Positions 7,677 through 15,854 of a DNA stretch of 24,000 nucleotides are shown here, in pieces. The stretch comes from Prochlorococcus sp. AG-363-M21. GTDB taxonomy: Bacteria > Cyanobacteriota > Cyanobacteriia > PCC-6307 > Cyanobiaceae. Position numbers and translations under genes: made by a program. The notes under the pieces were generated by a model that saw nothing but the letters and a program-made list of their open reading frames with translations, ran no database searches and was not told the DNA's origin. The stretch's first letter is position 1. The number at the start of each line of letters is the position of its first letter. The stretch lies in contig QCFU01000001.1 in the NCBI GenBank assembly GCA_003278305.1, positions 226,500-250,499 on the forward strand. The letters are read 5' to 3'.

Positions 7677-8069
7677 ATGAGTATTGAATTCCCTTACTTA
7701 ATAGGCATAGCATTAATAGAAGAAAACGGCCAAAGGGCCATGCCTATAGGAGGTAAATCAATCAAAGAAACTTTAAAGCCTTCTGAAATGCCTGATATTA
7801 AAGGAGGTGAAATTGCTCTTGAACTACTTATAAGAGTTTTTCAACGTAGTGAGAAATCTCCCATTCAAGCGATAGGACCTGAGCAAAATATTCTGTTAAT
7901 GCAAATATCAATGGAAACAATGCAAAAAGAACTTCCTCGTCTCAAATCAGAATGGATGAGAGACGGAAACCATGAAATACTTATTAATCAGTTGAAAGTT
8001 TTGACTTCAGGGATCTGGAGTTTAAGCTTCTCAAAAGAATCGGGCATTATTTATAAATCTCTTTCTTAA
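7677..8069 (+). CDS. Hypothetical protein (130 aa)
   Basis: Clean ORF downstream of rpsU on the same strand. No family recognised. Confidence 0.5.
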   Translation: MSIEFPYLIGIALIEENGQRAMPIGGKSIKETLKPSEMPDIKGGEIALELLIRVFQRSEKSPIQAIGPEQNILLMQISMETMQKELPRLKSEWMRDGNHEILINQLKVLTSGIWSLSFSKESGIIYKSLS

Positions 8070-8124
8070 ATAGATTCTAGTGAATTTACAAAAAAGTGGT
8101 TTATTAAATCGTACAAGCTTTAGT

Positions 8125-8307
8125 TTAATGGTTGCACCAAATCGCACAAGTGGTTGTTACCACAGCAACTACTAGGCCTCCCCATTTAATTACTTTCTGC
8201 TGAGAGTTAAATGAATTAGCAACTAGTATTGCAGCAAGGTTGATAACTATTAGTTGATCAGTAGATGGAGAAATCCCAAAAGGTCCTGAAGTAGCAAAAA
8301 TAGTCAT
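8125..8307 (-). CDS. Possible small membrane protein (60 aa)
   Basis: Two hydrophobic stretches (LIVINLAAILVANSF, GGLVVAVVTTTCAIW). ORF-only evidence. Confidence 0.3.
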   Translation of the reverse strand: MTIFATSGPFGISPSTDQLIVINLAAILVANSFNSQQKVIKWGGLVVAVVTTTCAIWCNH

Positions 8308-8405
8308 AATAAATATTTCTCTAAAAATAAAATAACTGATGTAAGCCGATTGAAACAGCTTGAAGTATTATTTATATACAAAATTTATAAGTAATGAAAA
8401 AATTA

Positions 8406-8684
8406 TCAAGAGACTGATTTAATCATCTTGACTAAAGTTTGATGAGCATCAGAGCTATCCTTTAGAAAATGGTCAAAGTGAATTTCAATTATATTCCCAT
8501 CAACATTTAGAGACATAGATTTTGAATTAATTTCTAGCATCTGAACATTAATAGGTTGTTCAATATTTCCATAAAATTTAGCATAAGTAATCAAAGAATC
8601 TTTATGATCATTATTCATGTGATTACAAATTCTTAGGCTAACCTCTGAATTAATCTCTTGGTTTTTCATAATCTTTTGCTTCAA
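8406..8684 (-). CDS. DUF2470-domain protein (heme-utilisation / GluTR-binding-protein-related domain)
   Basis: 92 aa. ICNHMNNDHKDSLITYAKFYG matches the characteristic h..HMN.DH.d.l..y motif of DUF2470. Lies 10 bp downstream of the DUF3386-like gene on the same strand. Confidence 0.65.
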   Translation of the reverse strand: MKQKIMKNQEINSEVSLRICNHMNNDHKDSLITYAKFYGNIEQPINVQMLEINSKSMSLNVDGNIIEIHFDHFLKDSSDAHQTLVKMIKSVS

Positions 8685-8694
8685 TTAGTACGGA

Positions 8695-9360
8695 TTATTC
8701 TAATGGTCTCATGTTAAAGAAAGAAAAAGTTTGTGTATCTCTCAAAGCTTCCTTAAAAGGCAGCTGAGAAATACAACGGCTAGATAATACCCATGGTCCA
8801 TTATCTGAAATAGGTATATGCTCATCAATGAAAAAGGATTTCTCATTCATAGGCTTAAGAGTCTTAGAGTCAAAATATTGACTTGTATATAAATTACTTA
8901 GGTAACCGTCATCAGTGAAAAAAACTTTTTCAGTATGAATAACTATAAGACGTCCATGCATATGTCGCTCAACTTTGGTAACTATATTATTTCTTATGCG
9001 ATATTTATCACCTCTATTCTTACCTCCAACAATCACTTCTAATCCCACATCATTAGTTTCTCCTGCTGTAAATGTATTGGCTCCATGAACTTGCTCAAAA
9101 GGTCTCCGAACTCTATGTATTCCAACTTCCCACAATTGAGTAGAAATAAGTTTTTGTATTGATTCCTCCTGGAATCCTACTACTTCTACTTTTAAATCTC
9201 TAGCTACTTGGAATTCTCCTGTATAAGTTTGACCGTCTTTTCTATAAGAACAGCTTCCTTGATAACCCTGAAATTGTTGCCCCCAGGTATAACGGTTTTG
9301 ATAAGCCTGCTTAAACAAGCCTGCACAATCATTTCCTGCCTTGATAGCTAGAGTGACCAT
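8695..9360 (-). CDS. Conserved cyanobacterial/plastid-lineage protein, DUF3386-like (221 aa)
   Basis: Size and the N-terminal LFKQAYQNRYTWGQQFQGYQG pattern match my recollection of the DUF3386 family (..a.eNRYTW...FpGY..). Assigned from memory, not from a search. Confidence 0.6.
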   Translation of the reverse strand: MVTLAIKAGNDCAGLFKQAYQNRYTWGQQFQGYQGSCSYRKDGQTYTGEFQVARDLKVEVVGFQEESIQKLISTQLWEVGIHRVRRPFEQVHGANTFTAGETNDVGLEVIVGGKNRGDKYRIRNNIVTKVERHMHGRLIVIHTEKVFFTDDGYLSNLYTSQYFDSKTLKPMNEKSFFIDEHIPISDNGPWVLSSRCISQLPFKEALRDTQTFSFFNMRPLE

Positions 9361-9423
9361 TTTGACTATTGATCGAATTTGAACAAACTATTTCTAGCTT
9401 ATCAATTTAATCTTCGATCCTCA

Positions 9424-9582
9424 TCACAGAGTTACAGTTCTGGACTTATTTTTAGATCGAATAACAAAAAATAAAGGTAGGCCAATGACTAAGAAAGCAG
9501 AGGTAACTAGTATAATGTTAATAGTAGAGCTTTCTACTCCTAATTCAGATGGAATAAAAGCAAATAGCCTAAATTCAGGCAT
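9424..9582 (-). CDS. Possible small single-TM protein (52 aa)
   Basis: My translation: MPEFRLFAFIPSELGVESSTINIILVTSAFLVIGLPLFFVIRSKNKSRTVTL. Clear TM helix plus a positive tail. Confidence 0.35.
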   Translation of the reverse strand: MPEFRLFAFIPSELGVESSTINIILVTSAFLVIGLPLFFVIRSKNKSRTVTL

Positions 9583-9831
9583 GGTTCTTTATGGATATAA
9601 TAAATGAATATATTTAAGTAAATAAATAAAAGCAATGTCTTGTAAATAAATTTAGTGCATGAAGAGAATCCTTTGCATAAGAAAGAAACATTAATCAATT
9701 GAAAAAGAATCAATCTAAAATGATTGTATAAAGATAACCTCTGTTGGCATTAAATTATACGCAAAATCTAATTAATAATAACATTATAAAAGAATATTAT
9801 GTTTATATTGATATTTTAATTGTATAAACCA

Positions 9832-10362
9832 ATGAATAGCGAAGAAGAAAAGAGTCTTGAGTCAGTAAACTCTTCAAAAGAAGAGAGTGATTCTGAACTA
9901 AATAAATATAATAAAAAAATAGTAGTCATATCTGATGACTTTCAAGAAGCTGAAGTAGATATCAAAGAAAAAGAATTAGTAGATAATTTAGAAGTAAAAA
10001 AAGAGCCTATTGTTAAAAACACTTCAGCGAATATAATTAAAACGAAAGATTTAAAAGTCAAACCAAACTCACAAGTTAATTCTTTTGAGAATATTTTTGA
10101 TATTCTTGAAAATGCATTGCCTGTGGATGGTTCACTTACAAATAATGTTTTCCCTCATCCTAGAAATTGGTTAGGCCCTAGATTTATAGCTATTTGGAGC
10201 ATCCCAATAGTAATTATAAATCAATTAAGAAAGCTTCTAATTTCATATAATCCAGTAAGGCCTTATCAAGAAATGAATTTCTCTATAAATAAAACAGAAA
10301 CAATCTATACAACAATAAATAAAGCCTTTAATGGAAATAGGCCAATTAGATTTTTGGCATAA
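9832..10362 (+). CDS. Hypothetical protein, acidic N-terminal region, C-terminal segment weakly PsbE-like
   Basis: Track ORF starts at TTG 9820; the first ATG is 9832 (MNSEEEKS...). The C-terminal PRFIAIWSIPIV...SYNPVRPYQEMNF weakly resembles PsbE IRYWVIHSITIP...AYDVFGTPRPNEYF. See findings. Confidence 0.5.
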   Translation: MNSEEEKSLESVNSSKEESDSELNKYNKKIVVISDDFQEAEVDIKEKELVDNLEVKKEPIVKNTSANIIKTKDLKVKPNSQVNSFENIFDILENALPVDGSLTNNVFPHPRNWLGPRFIAIWSIPIVIINQLRKLLISYNPVRPYQEMNFSINKTETIYTTINKAFNGNRPIRFLA

Positions 10363-10596
10363 GATTCTTATCAGTTTGGGTTATTCCGTTGGCAATAACA
10401 GGAGTAACTATGGAATTTTTATTTATTTCTCCTTTAACTGGTAATAATCTATTTGGTTAGTCAATAGTAATAGTCAAAGTATAGAAAAAATAAAACCTAT
10501 ATATCTATAATATATTATAAGTAAAAATAAGTTCTCTCAAATAGTATTAGATACTACATTGGAAAAGTAAAAATGATAAATTAAAAATTTTTATTT

Positions 10597-10932
10597 ATGC
10601 TAAAAACTGTTTTAGCAATTATTTTAAAAATGTTATTTAAGTTTTTCCTGGTAATTAGTCCAATCCTTATCTCAGCTATATCAACTGTATTTTGGCTTAC
10701 AAAATGGGAGGTATTAAAATGGGAAGATTCAAGCTTGCCTGGGTTCCCAAAATTAGAAAATTATAAGAACTGGGAAGATACAGTTGTTATACCATCTGAA
10801 CGACCTAAAGAAGGCTATCCAGTTTTTACAGTAAGAACATTAGCTGTGAATGCTTTAGGTATCCCAACTGTTTTTTTTCTTGGAGCAATATTTGCTATGC
10901 AATTTATAAGGAGAGGAATAATCGCTAGTTAA
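10597..10932 (+). CDS. PsbF-like (cytochrome b559 beta-like) membrane protein with N-terminal TM extension, lacking the heme-ligand His
   Basis: C-terminal [33 protein letters not shown] versus canonical PsbF [33 protein letters not shown]: about 24 of 33 identical, gap-free. Asn85 (AAT 10849-10851) replaces the heme-axial His. An additional N-terminal helix ([19 protein letters not shown]) is not present in PsbF. Confidence 0.65.
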   Translation: MLKTVLAIILKMLFKFFLVISPILISAISTVFWLTKWEVLKWEDSSLPGFPKLENYKNWEDTVVIPSERPKEGYPVFTVRTLAVNALGIPTVFFLGAIFAMQFIRRGIIAS

Positions 10933-10952
10933 CTGATTATTATTTTAAAATC

Positions 10953-11051
10953 ATGAAAGCCTTAGACCAAGTTTTTTTTCTTTGTATGTCACTTGCTGTT
11001 TTTACTTGGATTGCATTTGAGTTAACAGGGGGTCTAATTGCTTACTTATAA
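10953..11051 (+). CDS. Possible 32-aa single-TM peptide downstream of the PsbF-like ORF
   Basis: My translation: MKALDQVFFLCMSLAVFTWIAFELTGGLIAYL. Starts 21 bp after the PsbF-like stop on the same strand. ORF-only evidence. Confidence 0.25.
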   Translation: MKALDQVFFLCMSLAVFTWIAFELTGGLIAYL

Positions 11052-11177
11052 AAGGACAACTGGGAAAAGAAAGTATAGTTCTATTGAATGTCTCGAATGT
11101 TATTTTCTTTTGATAAAAAAAACACTTCATTATTTAAAGGTAATTAATTATATTAAAAAGATTCATCTCGAATTAGC

Positions 11178-11363
11178 ATGGGTAATCGACAAGAAAGAGC
11201 TAGTAAAATAGTTAATTTGGTGTTAAATAGTGTCCGTTCTAGACTAGATCAAATCAAAGGTGAGGACAGGAATGCCCTTGAAAATGAATATAGAGAATGG
11301 ATAGTTACGAAAAATTTTAATGATGATGTTTGGTTCTCTACTGACAAGAGTTTGATTGATTAA
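11178..11363 (+). CDS. Small hypothetical protein (61 aa), paralog of 16532-16735
   Basis: Shares the block IKGEDRNALENEYREWIV with LKGKDQHALLSEFNEWIV of the other ORF, at the same distance from the N-terminus. Conservation between two loci supports real coding. Confidence 0.5.
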   Translation: MGNRQERASKIVNLVLNSVRSRLDQIKGEDRNALENEYREWIVTKNFNDDVWFSTDKSLID

Positions 11364-12121
11364 TTGCTCTTAGTCTGATTAGTTCGACCATGAATCTCAT
11401 AAGTATAGAAGGGTATTGGCTCAATGAAATCACTTTGATTTCCAATAATCTGTCTTGCTTCCTTATAAGAACCTTTGGTTCTTATGAATTTAGGCAAAAG
11501 GCCCTTAAATTCTGCATCTCCTCCAATGGTACTTGCAAAAATTTTTAAAGGCTTGAAACGGTTAATAATTTCTGGCAATAAAGTCCTTCCTTTAACAAAG
11601 CTGCCAACAATAGGAATAAGCAAGTCCACCACAGGAGTTATAACTATATCTACTTCTCTGCAAGGGATACTAGCGTCAAGAAAACCGTGAGGTTCTAAAT
11701 AAACAGATCCTTCGGCATGGTCTAAGAAATAAGCGTTCTCTACAAATGGTACATAAGCCCCTTCTTTTGCTTGGACGGTGAGTCCATCTATAGATTGTTC
11801 AGTTCCTGGCTTAAGAGTTAAAACATTTTCAAAGCCTAGTTCTTTAGATAATTTTGCTGCTGATGGAGAACCTATAACTCTTATTGACTTATTCAACATG
11901 CTTAAGGAAGGGGGGTGAGCATGATCAGGCAGACCTTGTGTGAGCAAAATAAGGCTTATGTTCTCTGGTGTTTCTATTTCTTTTTGCAAGTTCCCTTCAA
12001 TCAACCAAGGACCAGGAGAAAATGTCAATGGTCCTCTAAGCCAAGGGTCAACCAAAACACGAAATCCATGAAAATCTAAGAGCCAACCACTTGAACCTAA
12101 ATAAGTTGCTGAAAAGGTCAT
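11360..12121 (-). CDS. Metallo-beta-lactamase-fold protein (COG2220-like), degenerate metal motif
   Basis: 253 aa. YLGSSGWLLDFHGFRVLVDPWL and LILLTQGLPDHAHP match the MBL-fold beta-strand and motif-2 layout, but HxHxDH reads QGLPDH. Confidence 0.75.
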   Translation of the reverse strand: MTFSATYLGSSGWLLDFHGFRVLVDPWLRGPLTFSPGPWLIEGNLQKEIETPENISLILLTQGLPDHAHPPSLSMLNKSIRVIGSPSAAKLSKELGFENVLTLKPGTEQSIDGLTVQAKEGAYVPFVENAYFLDHAEGSVYLEPHGFLDASIPCREVDIVITPVVDLLIPIVGSFVKGRTLLPEIINRFKPLKIFASTIGGDAEFKGLLPKFIRTKGSYKEARQIIGNQSDFIEPIPFYTYEIHGRTNQTKSN

Positions 12122-12488
12122 CTTTAAAAGCTTTTATGAAGGCTATTTCTAAATTTACAGAAAAGGAATTTAAACACATTATTAAACCAAAATTTGTTTG
12201 ACATTTAAGAAACAAAGAATTGAAAAAAGATAACTGTAACCAAAACGCCCTTAAAAAAACATAGCCAAAGCATCCCATAGTCACTAATACTTAACTTGGT
12301 CTGATACCAGGAAATAAATCTTTTGTGAGCTTTAATCATGCCCATTGGAAATCAAAACGAATAAAATATAAACATTTAAATTCTACAAAGAACCCTTAAG
12401 AATCAATTCAAAATCTCAACTAATTTTTGTTTTGTTTGAAAAACAGGCCTACCGCGTGCAATACTCCTTTAGATTTTCTTAAGAATTG

Positions 12489-12776
12489 ATGGCTAAGGGC
12501 TACTGGGTTAAGCAAGCAAGTATTGCAAATACTGACTTGTTTATAGAATATATCCAAACTGTTGTCCCTTGGTTGCTTTCCGTGGGGGGCATCATAATTG
12601 CGAAAGATATAAAACAAAGATCTGACCTTAATCAATGGGATGGAGGGCAATTAGGAGTGATTGTTGAATTTGAATCAAAAGATGCTGCAAGAAGAGCATT
12701 TAATTCAGAAGTTTTCCAAGAATATATAGCAATTAATGGACTTGCCTCAGATTTAACCCTGTCGATTATTGGTTAA
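12489..12776 (+). CDS. DUF1330-domain protein
   Basis: MAKGYWVKQASIANTDLFIEYIQTV...GGIIIAKD...GVIVEFESKDAARRAFNSEVFQEYIAI matches the DUF1330 pattern (MaKGYwi..v.v.d...y.eY.......gG..l.rg......vviEFps...A...y.S.eYq). The track starts at TTG 12486; ATG is at 12489. Confidence 0.75.
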   Translation: MAKGYWVKQASIANTDLFIEYIQTVVPWLLSVGGIIIAKDIKQRSDLNQWDGGQLGVIVEFESKDAARRAFNSEVFQEYIAINGLASDLTLSIIG

Positions 12777-12882
12777 ATAGTTTATCCCTCAATACTGACA
12801 AGTTATTGTTTGATTTTTGAAAACCAATAAGTATTCAATCAAAGTATATTAATTAGAATAAATTTTAGCTTAAAAGATCATA

Positions 12883-13209
12883 TTAACCACAGAAATCTCT
12901 AAGTTCTTCCCATTTTGCTAAGCCAGCCTTGACTCCTGATAAATCATCTGTAGAGCCATTTACTTCAAAAGCTTTTATAAGAGATTGTGTGGCTTTTATG
13001 CCGTAGCCAGCTGCTTTCCTTTGCTCAACACAACCTTGCAAGGCATCACCATTTAAAAACTCATTTTCTGCATTTTTCAAGTATTCTCGAGCTAAGTCTA
13101 TATTTTCATTCCATACCTTCATATAATCGCCAAAGGTATCTTGCGTGCTTGCGAAGGCAGTATTCGTAAGGGTAAAAGAAAGTATTATTGCGAGTAATAA
13201 GCCCTTCAT
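12883..13209 (-). CDS. Secreted hypothetical protein (108 aa)
   Basis: Signal peptide MKGLLLAIILSFTLTNTAFAS, helical body, two Cys (possible disulfide). No family recognised. Confidence 0.55.
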   Translation of the reverse strand: MKGLLLAIILSFTLTNTAFASTQDTFGDYMKVWNENIDLAREYLKNAENEFLNGDALQGCVEQRKAAGYGIKATQSLIKAFEVNGSTDDLSGVKAGLAKWEELRDFCG

Positions 13210-13306
13210 AGTAATTGATATAAAGATTCAATAGTAAGTTACTTTAGCGGACTGAATGAATAAAAAATATTATTTCTTTAATAAAAGCCTAGTTCAATTA
13301 GTTGTT

Positions 13307-13471
13307 TTATAGCCAACTCAATAGAGTTTGGAATAAGAGAATAATGAAATAGATAGCCCAGAGAATAATCCCACCATAAAGAAAGCCTGCGACTCCTGAG
13401 GCCCAATCTTTATAAAAATAGGAGAAAATGAAAATTATAATCATTCCAACGATTAAGAAGAATAATGGCAT
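13307..13471 (-). CDS. Possible small two-TM membrane protein (54 aa)
   Basis: My translation: MPLFFLIVGMIIIFIFSYFYKDWASGVAGFLYGGIILWAIYFIILLFQTLLSWL. ATG comp. 13469-13471, stop comp. 13307-13309. Confidence 0.35.
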   Translation of the reverse strand: MPLFFLIVGMIIIFIFSYFYKDWASGVAGFLYGGIILWAIYFIILLFQTLLSWL

Positions 13472-13758
13472 CAATAACCTCACAAATTAATTCTGAGAAG
13501 CTTTAAAAACAAACTATACAAAGGATCTTATGAAAATAATTAATAAGAATATATTAATTATTTTCAGTTTAAAGTCAATTTAAAGCCCTCAAATAAAAAT
13601 AGCCTTCATTGCAAATAACATTAATTAATAATTCCAAATAAATCTATTGCCTAAAACTTGCAAATTGTCAACTTAATTATAGATTTATCATGTTTGATGT
13701 CTAAAGGGTTTAATTATTTGAACAAAACAGCTATTTAAAAGGAGTACGATACAGAAAG

Positions 13759-14289
13759 ATGCCAAAAAAACCTTTAAAAATTACTCGTACAGAAATAAAA
13801 GAAATCATTAAAGAGTTAAAAAAAGCTTATCCTGAGATAAAAGATATAATTTTATTTCCTATTGCTTATAGCCTAGCGTTGATTCAGATATCAATACAAC
13901 ATATTATTGAAAGGCCTGAAAAAGAAAGACAATTAAAAGAAAAGCTTTATAAAGATCGTATTAATATTGAAGAAGCTGCTAAAACATTTGAACTTATTAA
14001 ACAGTTAAAAGCAAAAGAAGAACTTAAAATAGCAGAAGAAATCAGAACCGAAGAGAGAGCAAAGGAAGTCAGAAAAGAAAATAGAGAAATAACACCAAGA
14101 AAAATTCTACATACTTCACTTGCTGTAATAAGCACAGTTTGCTTTGTTATTGGAGTTGTTAGGCTTGGTCCGATTTCAAAAAGAGCCCTTAAATCAAATG
14201 AATGTATTAAAACGATGTCATCAAAAGAGGAGTATCAAAAATTAGATACAATAGAAAAGTTTATGAAATGCAATGGTTTTATAAACTGA
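13759..14289 (+). CDS. Hypothetical protein with Lys/Glu-rich coiled-coil region and one TM helix (176 aa)
   Basis: ORF preceded by AAGGAG (13739-13744). Charged repeat-like region EKERQLKEKL...KAKEELKIAEEIRTEERAKEVRKE, then the helix LAVISTVCFVIGVV. Confidence 0.5.
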   Translation: MPKKPLKITRTEIKEIIKELKKAYPEIKDIILFPIAYSLALIQISIQHIIERPEKERQLKEKLYKDRINIEEAAKTFELIKQLKAKEELKIAEEIRTEERAKEVRKENREITPRKILHTSLAVISTVCFVIGVVRLGPISKRALKSNECIKTMSSKEEYQKLDTIEKFMKCNGFIN

Positions 14290-14440
14290 AATTTTATATA
14301 ATAAAGCTAATCAATAACCTTAATGTACTTATACTGAGTTTTCTACAAGAAATAAATTTCGTTCTTTCTAAAGCATATTGGGGTCAATTTAATGATTATG
14401 TTCTTTAGAAAATTTATAATAAAAAAAATACTTATTTTCC

Positions 14441-15385
14441 ATGAGTTTCAGACCTGAAGATATCCCTGATCAATCTGGTCGTATTTTCTTGGTAACAGGG
14501 GCTAATACTGGACTTGGATTTCAAACTTCAAAAGCTTTGCTGAAAAAAGGGGCGACAGTAATAATGTCATGTAGATCGCTAGACAAAGGTAAGCTTGCTA
14601 AAGAATCTCTCCTTGAAACAAACAAATCAGGGACGATCCATCTATTAAAGCTGGATTTATCAGATCTCAATGAAATAAAAAAGTTCTCGGCTGAAATAAA
14701 AAATCGTTTTGGTTTTTTAGATGTTCTAATTAATAATGCAGGGATAATGGCACCACCACAAACTCTCAGCAAGCAAGGTTTAGAAATTCAATTTGCAGTA
14801 AATCATCTTTCTCATATGGCATTAACTTTAGAATTACTACCTCTTATGTCAAACATTAGAGGCTCTAAGGTGGTGACTGTGACTTCAGGAGCACAGTATA
14901 TGGGCAAAATCGCATGGGGAAATCTACAAGGAGAAATTAAATACGACCGATGGAGCTCATATTCTCAAAGTAAGCTTGCAAATGTAATGTTTGCTATTGA
15001 ATTAGAAAAAAGACTTCGAGCAAATAAGTCTGAAACATTTTCGTTATTAGCTCACCCTGGCTTAGCCAAAACAAATTTGCAAGCAAATTCAATAATGACA
15101 AGTAATTCTTGGGTAGAAGCCCTAGCCTATAAGCTAATGTCGCCTTTATTCCAAAGTGCTGAATTTGGAGCCCTACCTCAATTAATTGCTGCTACAAGAA
15201 AAAAGGCTAAAGGTGGTGAACAATATGTTCCACGCTGGAATGTAAAAGGTTTGCCAAGATTGGCTAAAGTCGCTTCATCTGCATTACAAAGTGAAGATCG
15301 AGAAAAGCTTTGGAGCATTAGTCAATCACTAATAAATGATTACATCTCAATCCAAAATCAACTTCCAAGTAATCCAAGAACATAA
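14441..15385 (+). CDS. Short-chain dehydrogenase/reductase (classical SDR, retinol-dehydrogenase/WW-oxidoreductase-like)
   Basis: TGANTGLG (TGxxxGxG), NNAG, catalytic YSQSK (YxxxK), and 314-aa length. Confidence 0.85.
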   Translation: MSFRPEDIPDQSGRIFLVTGANTGLGFQTSKALLKKGATVIMSCRSLDKGKLAKESLLETNKSGTIHLLKLDLSDLNEIKKFSAEIKNRFGFLDVLINNAGIMAPPQTLSKQGLEIQFAVNHLSHMALTLELLPLMSNIRGSKVVTVTSGAQYMGKIAWGNLQGEIKYDRWSSYSQSKLANVMFAIELEKRLRANKSETFSLLAHPGLAKTNLQANSIMTSNSWVEALAYKLMSPLFQSAEFGALPQLIAATRKKAKGGEQYVPRWNVKGLPRLAKVASSALQSEDREKLWSISQSLINDYISIQNQLPSNPRT

Positions 15386-15786
15386 TCCAATCTTCTTTGA
15401 TTTACACCAAAATCGCTAACACCTATTCGTGATTCAGACCTAATTTGAATTGAATTCCTTTCTGGGATTCCATTTATTTCTATATCATCTGAAAAATGCA
15501 TCCATCGCGTCTTTGACACTGCCTGTAAATACAAAGGTCTTTTATTGACGATTTCTGTTCTTTGTAGATTCTGAATAGCCTTTTCTGCATTCTTAAAAGA
15601 AATCTGTAAGTCGTCTACTTTAAGTTCAATAAAAGCACAATGACTCTTTTCGAAACAAGGAGAAAGTTCATTTAACGAATCCGAAGCAAAAGCCAAGCTG
15701 CTCATTGAAAAGATAATTATCAAGTTCAACAGACAAGAACAGATTTGAAAAAAAACTTTTTCGCTATGATTTTTTTTTAAAAGCAA
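15358..15786 (-). CDS. DUF1499-domain protein
   Basis: C-terminal half LYLQAVSKTRWMHFSDDIEI...IQIRSESRIGVSDFGVNQRRLDYV matches DUF1499 (..f.Sr.f.F.DD.e......i..RS.SR.G.sD.GvN..R.e). The track start is TTG; the N-terminal hydrophobic segment suggests export. The 3' end overlaps the SDR gene by 28 bp. Confidence 0.65.
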   Translation of the reverse strand: MLLKKNHSEKVFFQICSCLLNLIIIFSMSSLAFASDSLNELSPCFEKSHCAFIELKVDDLQISFKNAEKAIQNLQRTEIVNKRPLYLQAVSKTRWMHFSDDIEINGIPERNSIQIRSESRIGVSDFGVNQRRLDYVLGLLGS

Positions 15787-15854
15787 GATTTAGGGATCCT
15801 CAATCACACAAGTTTGAGAGAAATCCATTATGGTCTAACAAAGAAAAAATTCTC

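Noticed and set aside
11475-12650. Track ORFs 11475-11690 (+), 12048-12284 (-) and 12420-12650 (-)
   Set aside because: The first is antisense to the MBL-fold gene. The second overlaps its 5' end out of frame. The third is antisense to the DUF1330 gene. None has recognisable features.
12987-14772. Track ORFs 12987-13169 (+), 13947-14135 (-) and 14521-14772 (-)
   Set aside because: Antisense shadows of the secreted 108-aa protein, the coiled-coil protein (a Ser/Leu-rich mirror of its Lys/Glu repeats) and the SDR.
15796-15812. CCTCAATCACACA as a Yfr1-type sRNA motif (ACUCCUCACAC)
   Set aside because: Only a partial resemblance, with no flanking stem-loops of the Yfr1 type. It also lies at the 5' edge of the DUF1499 gene.
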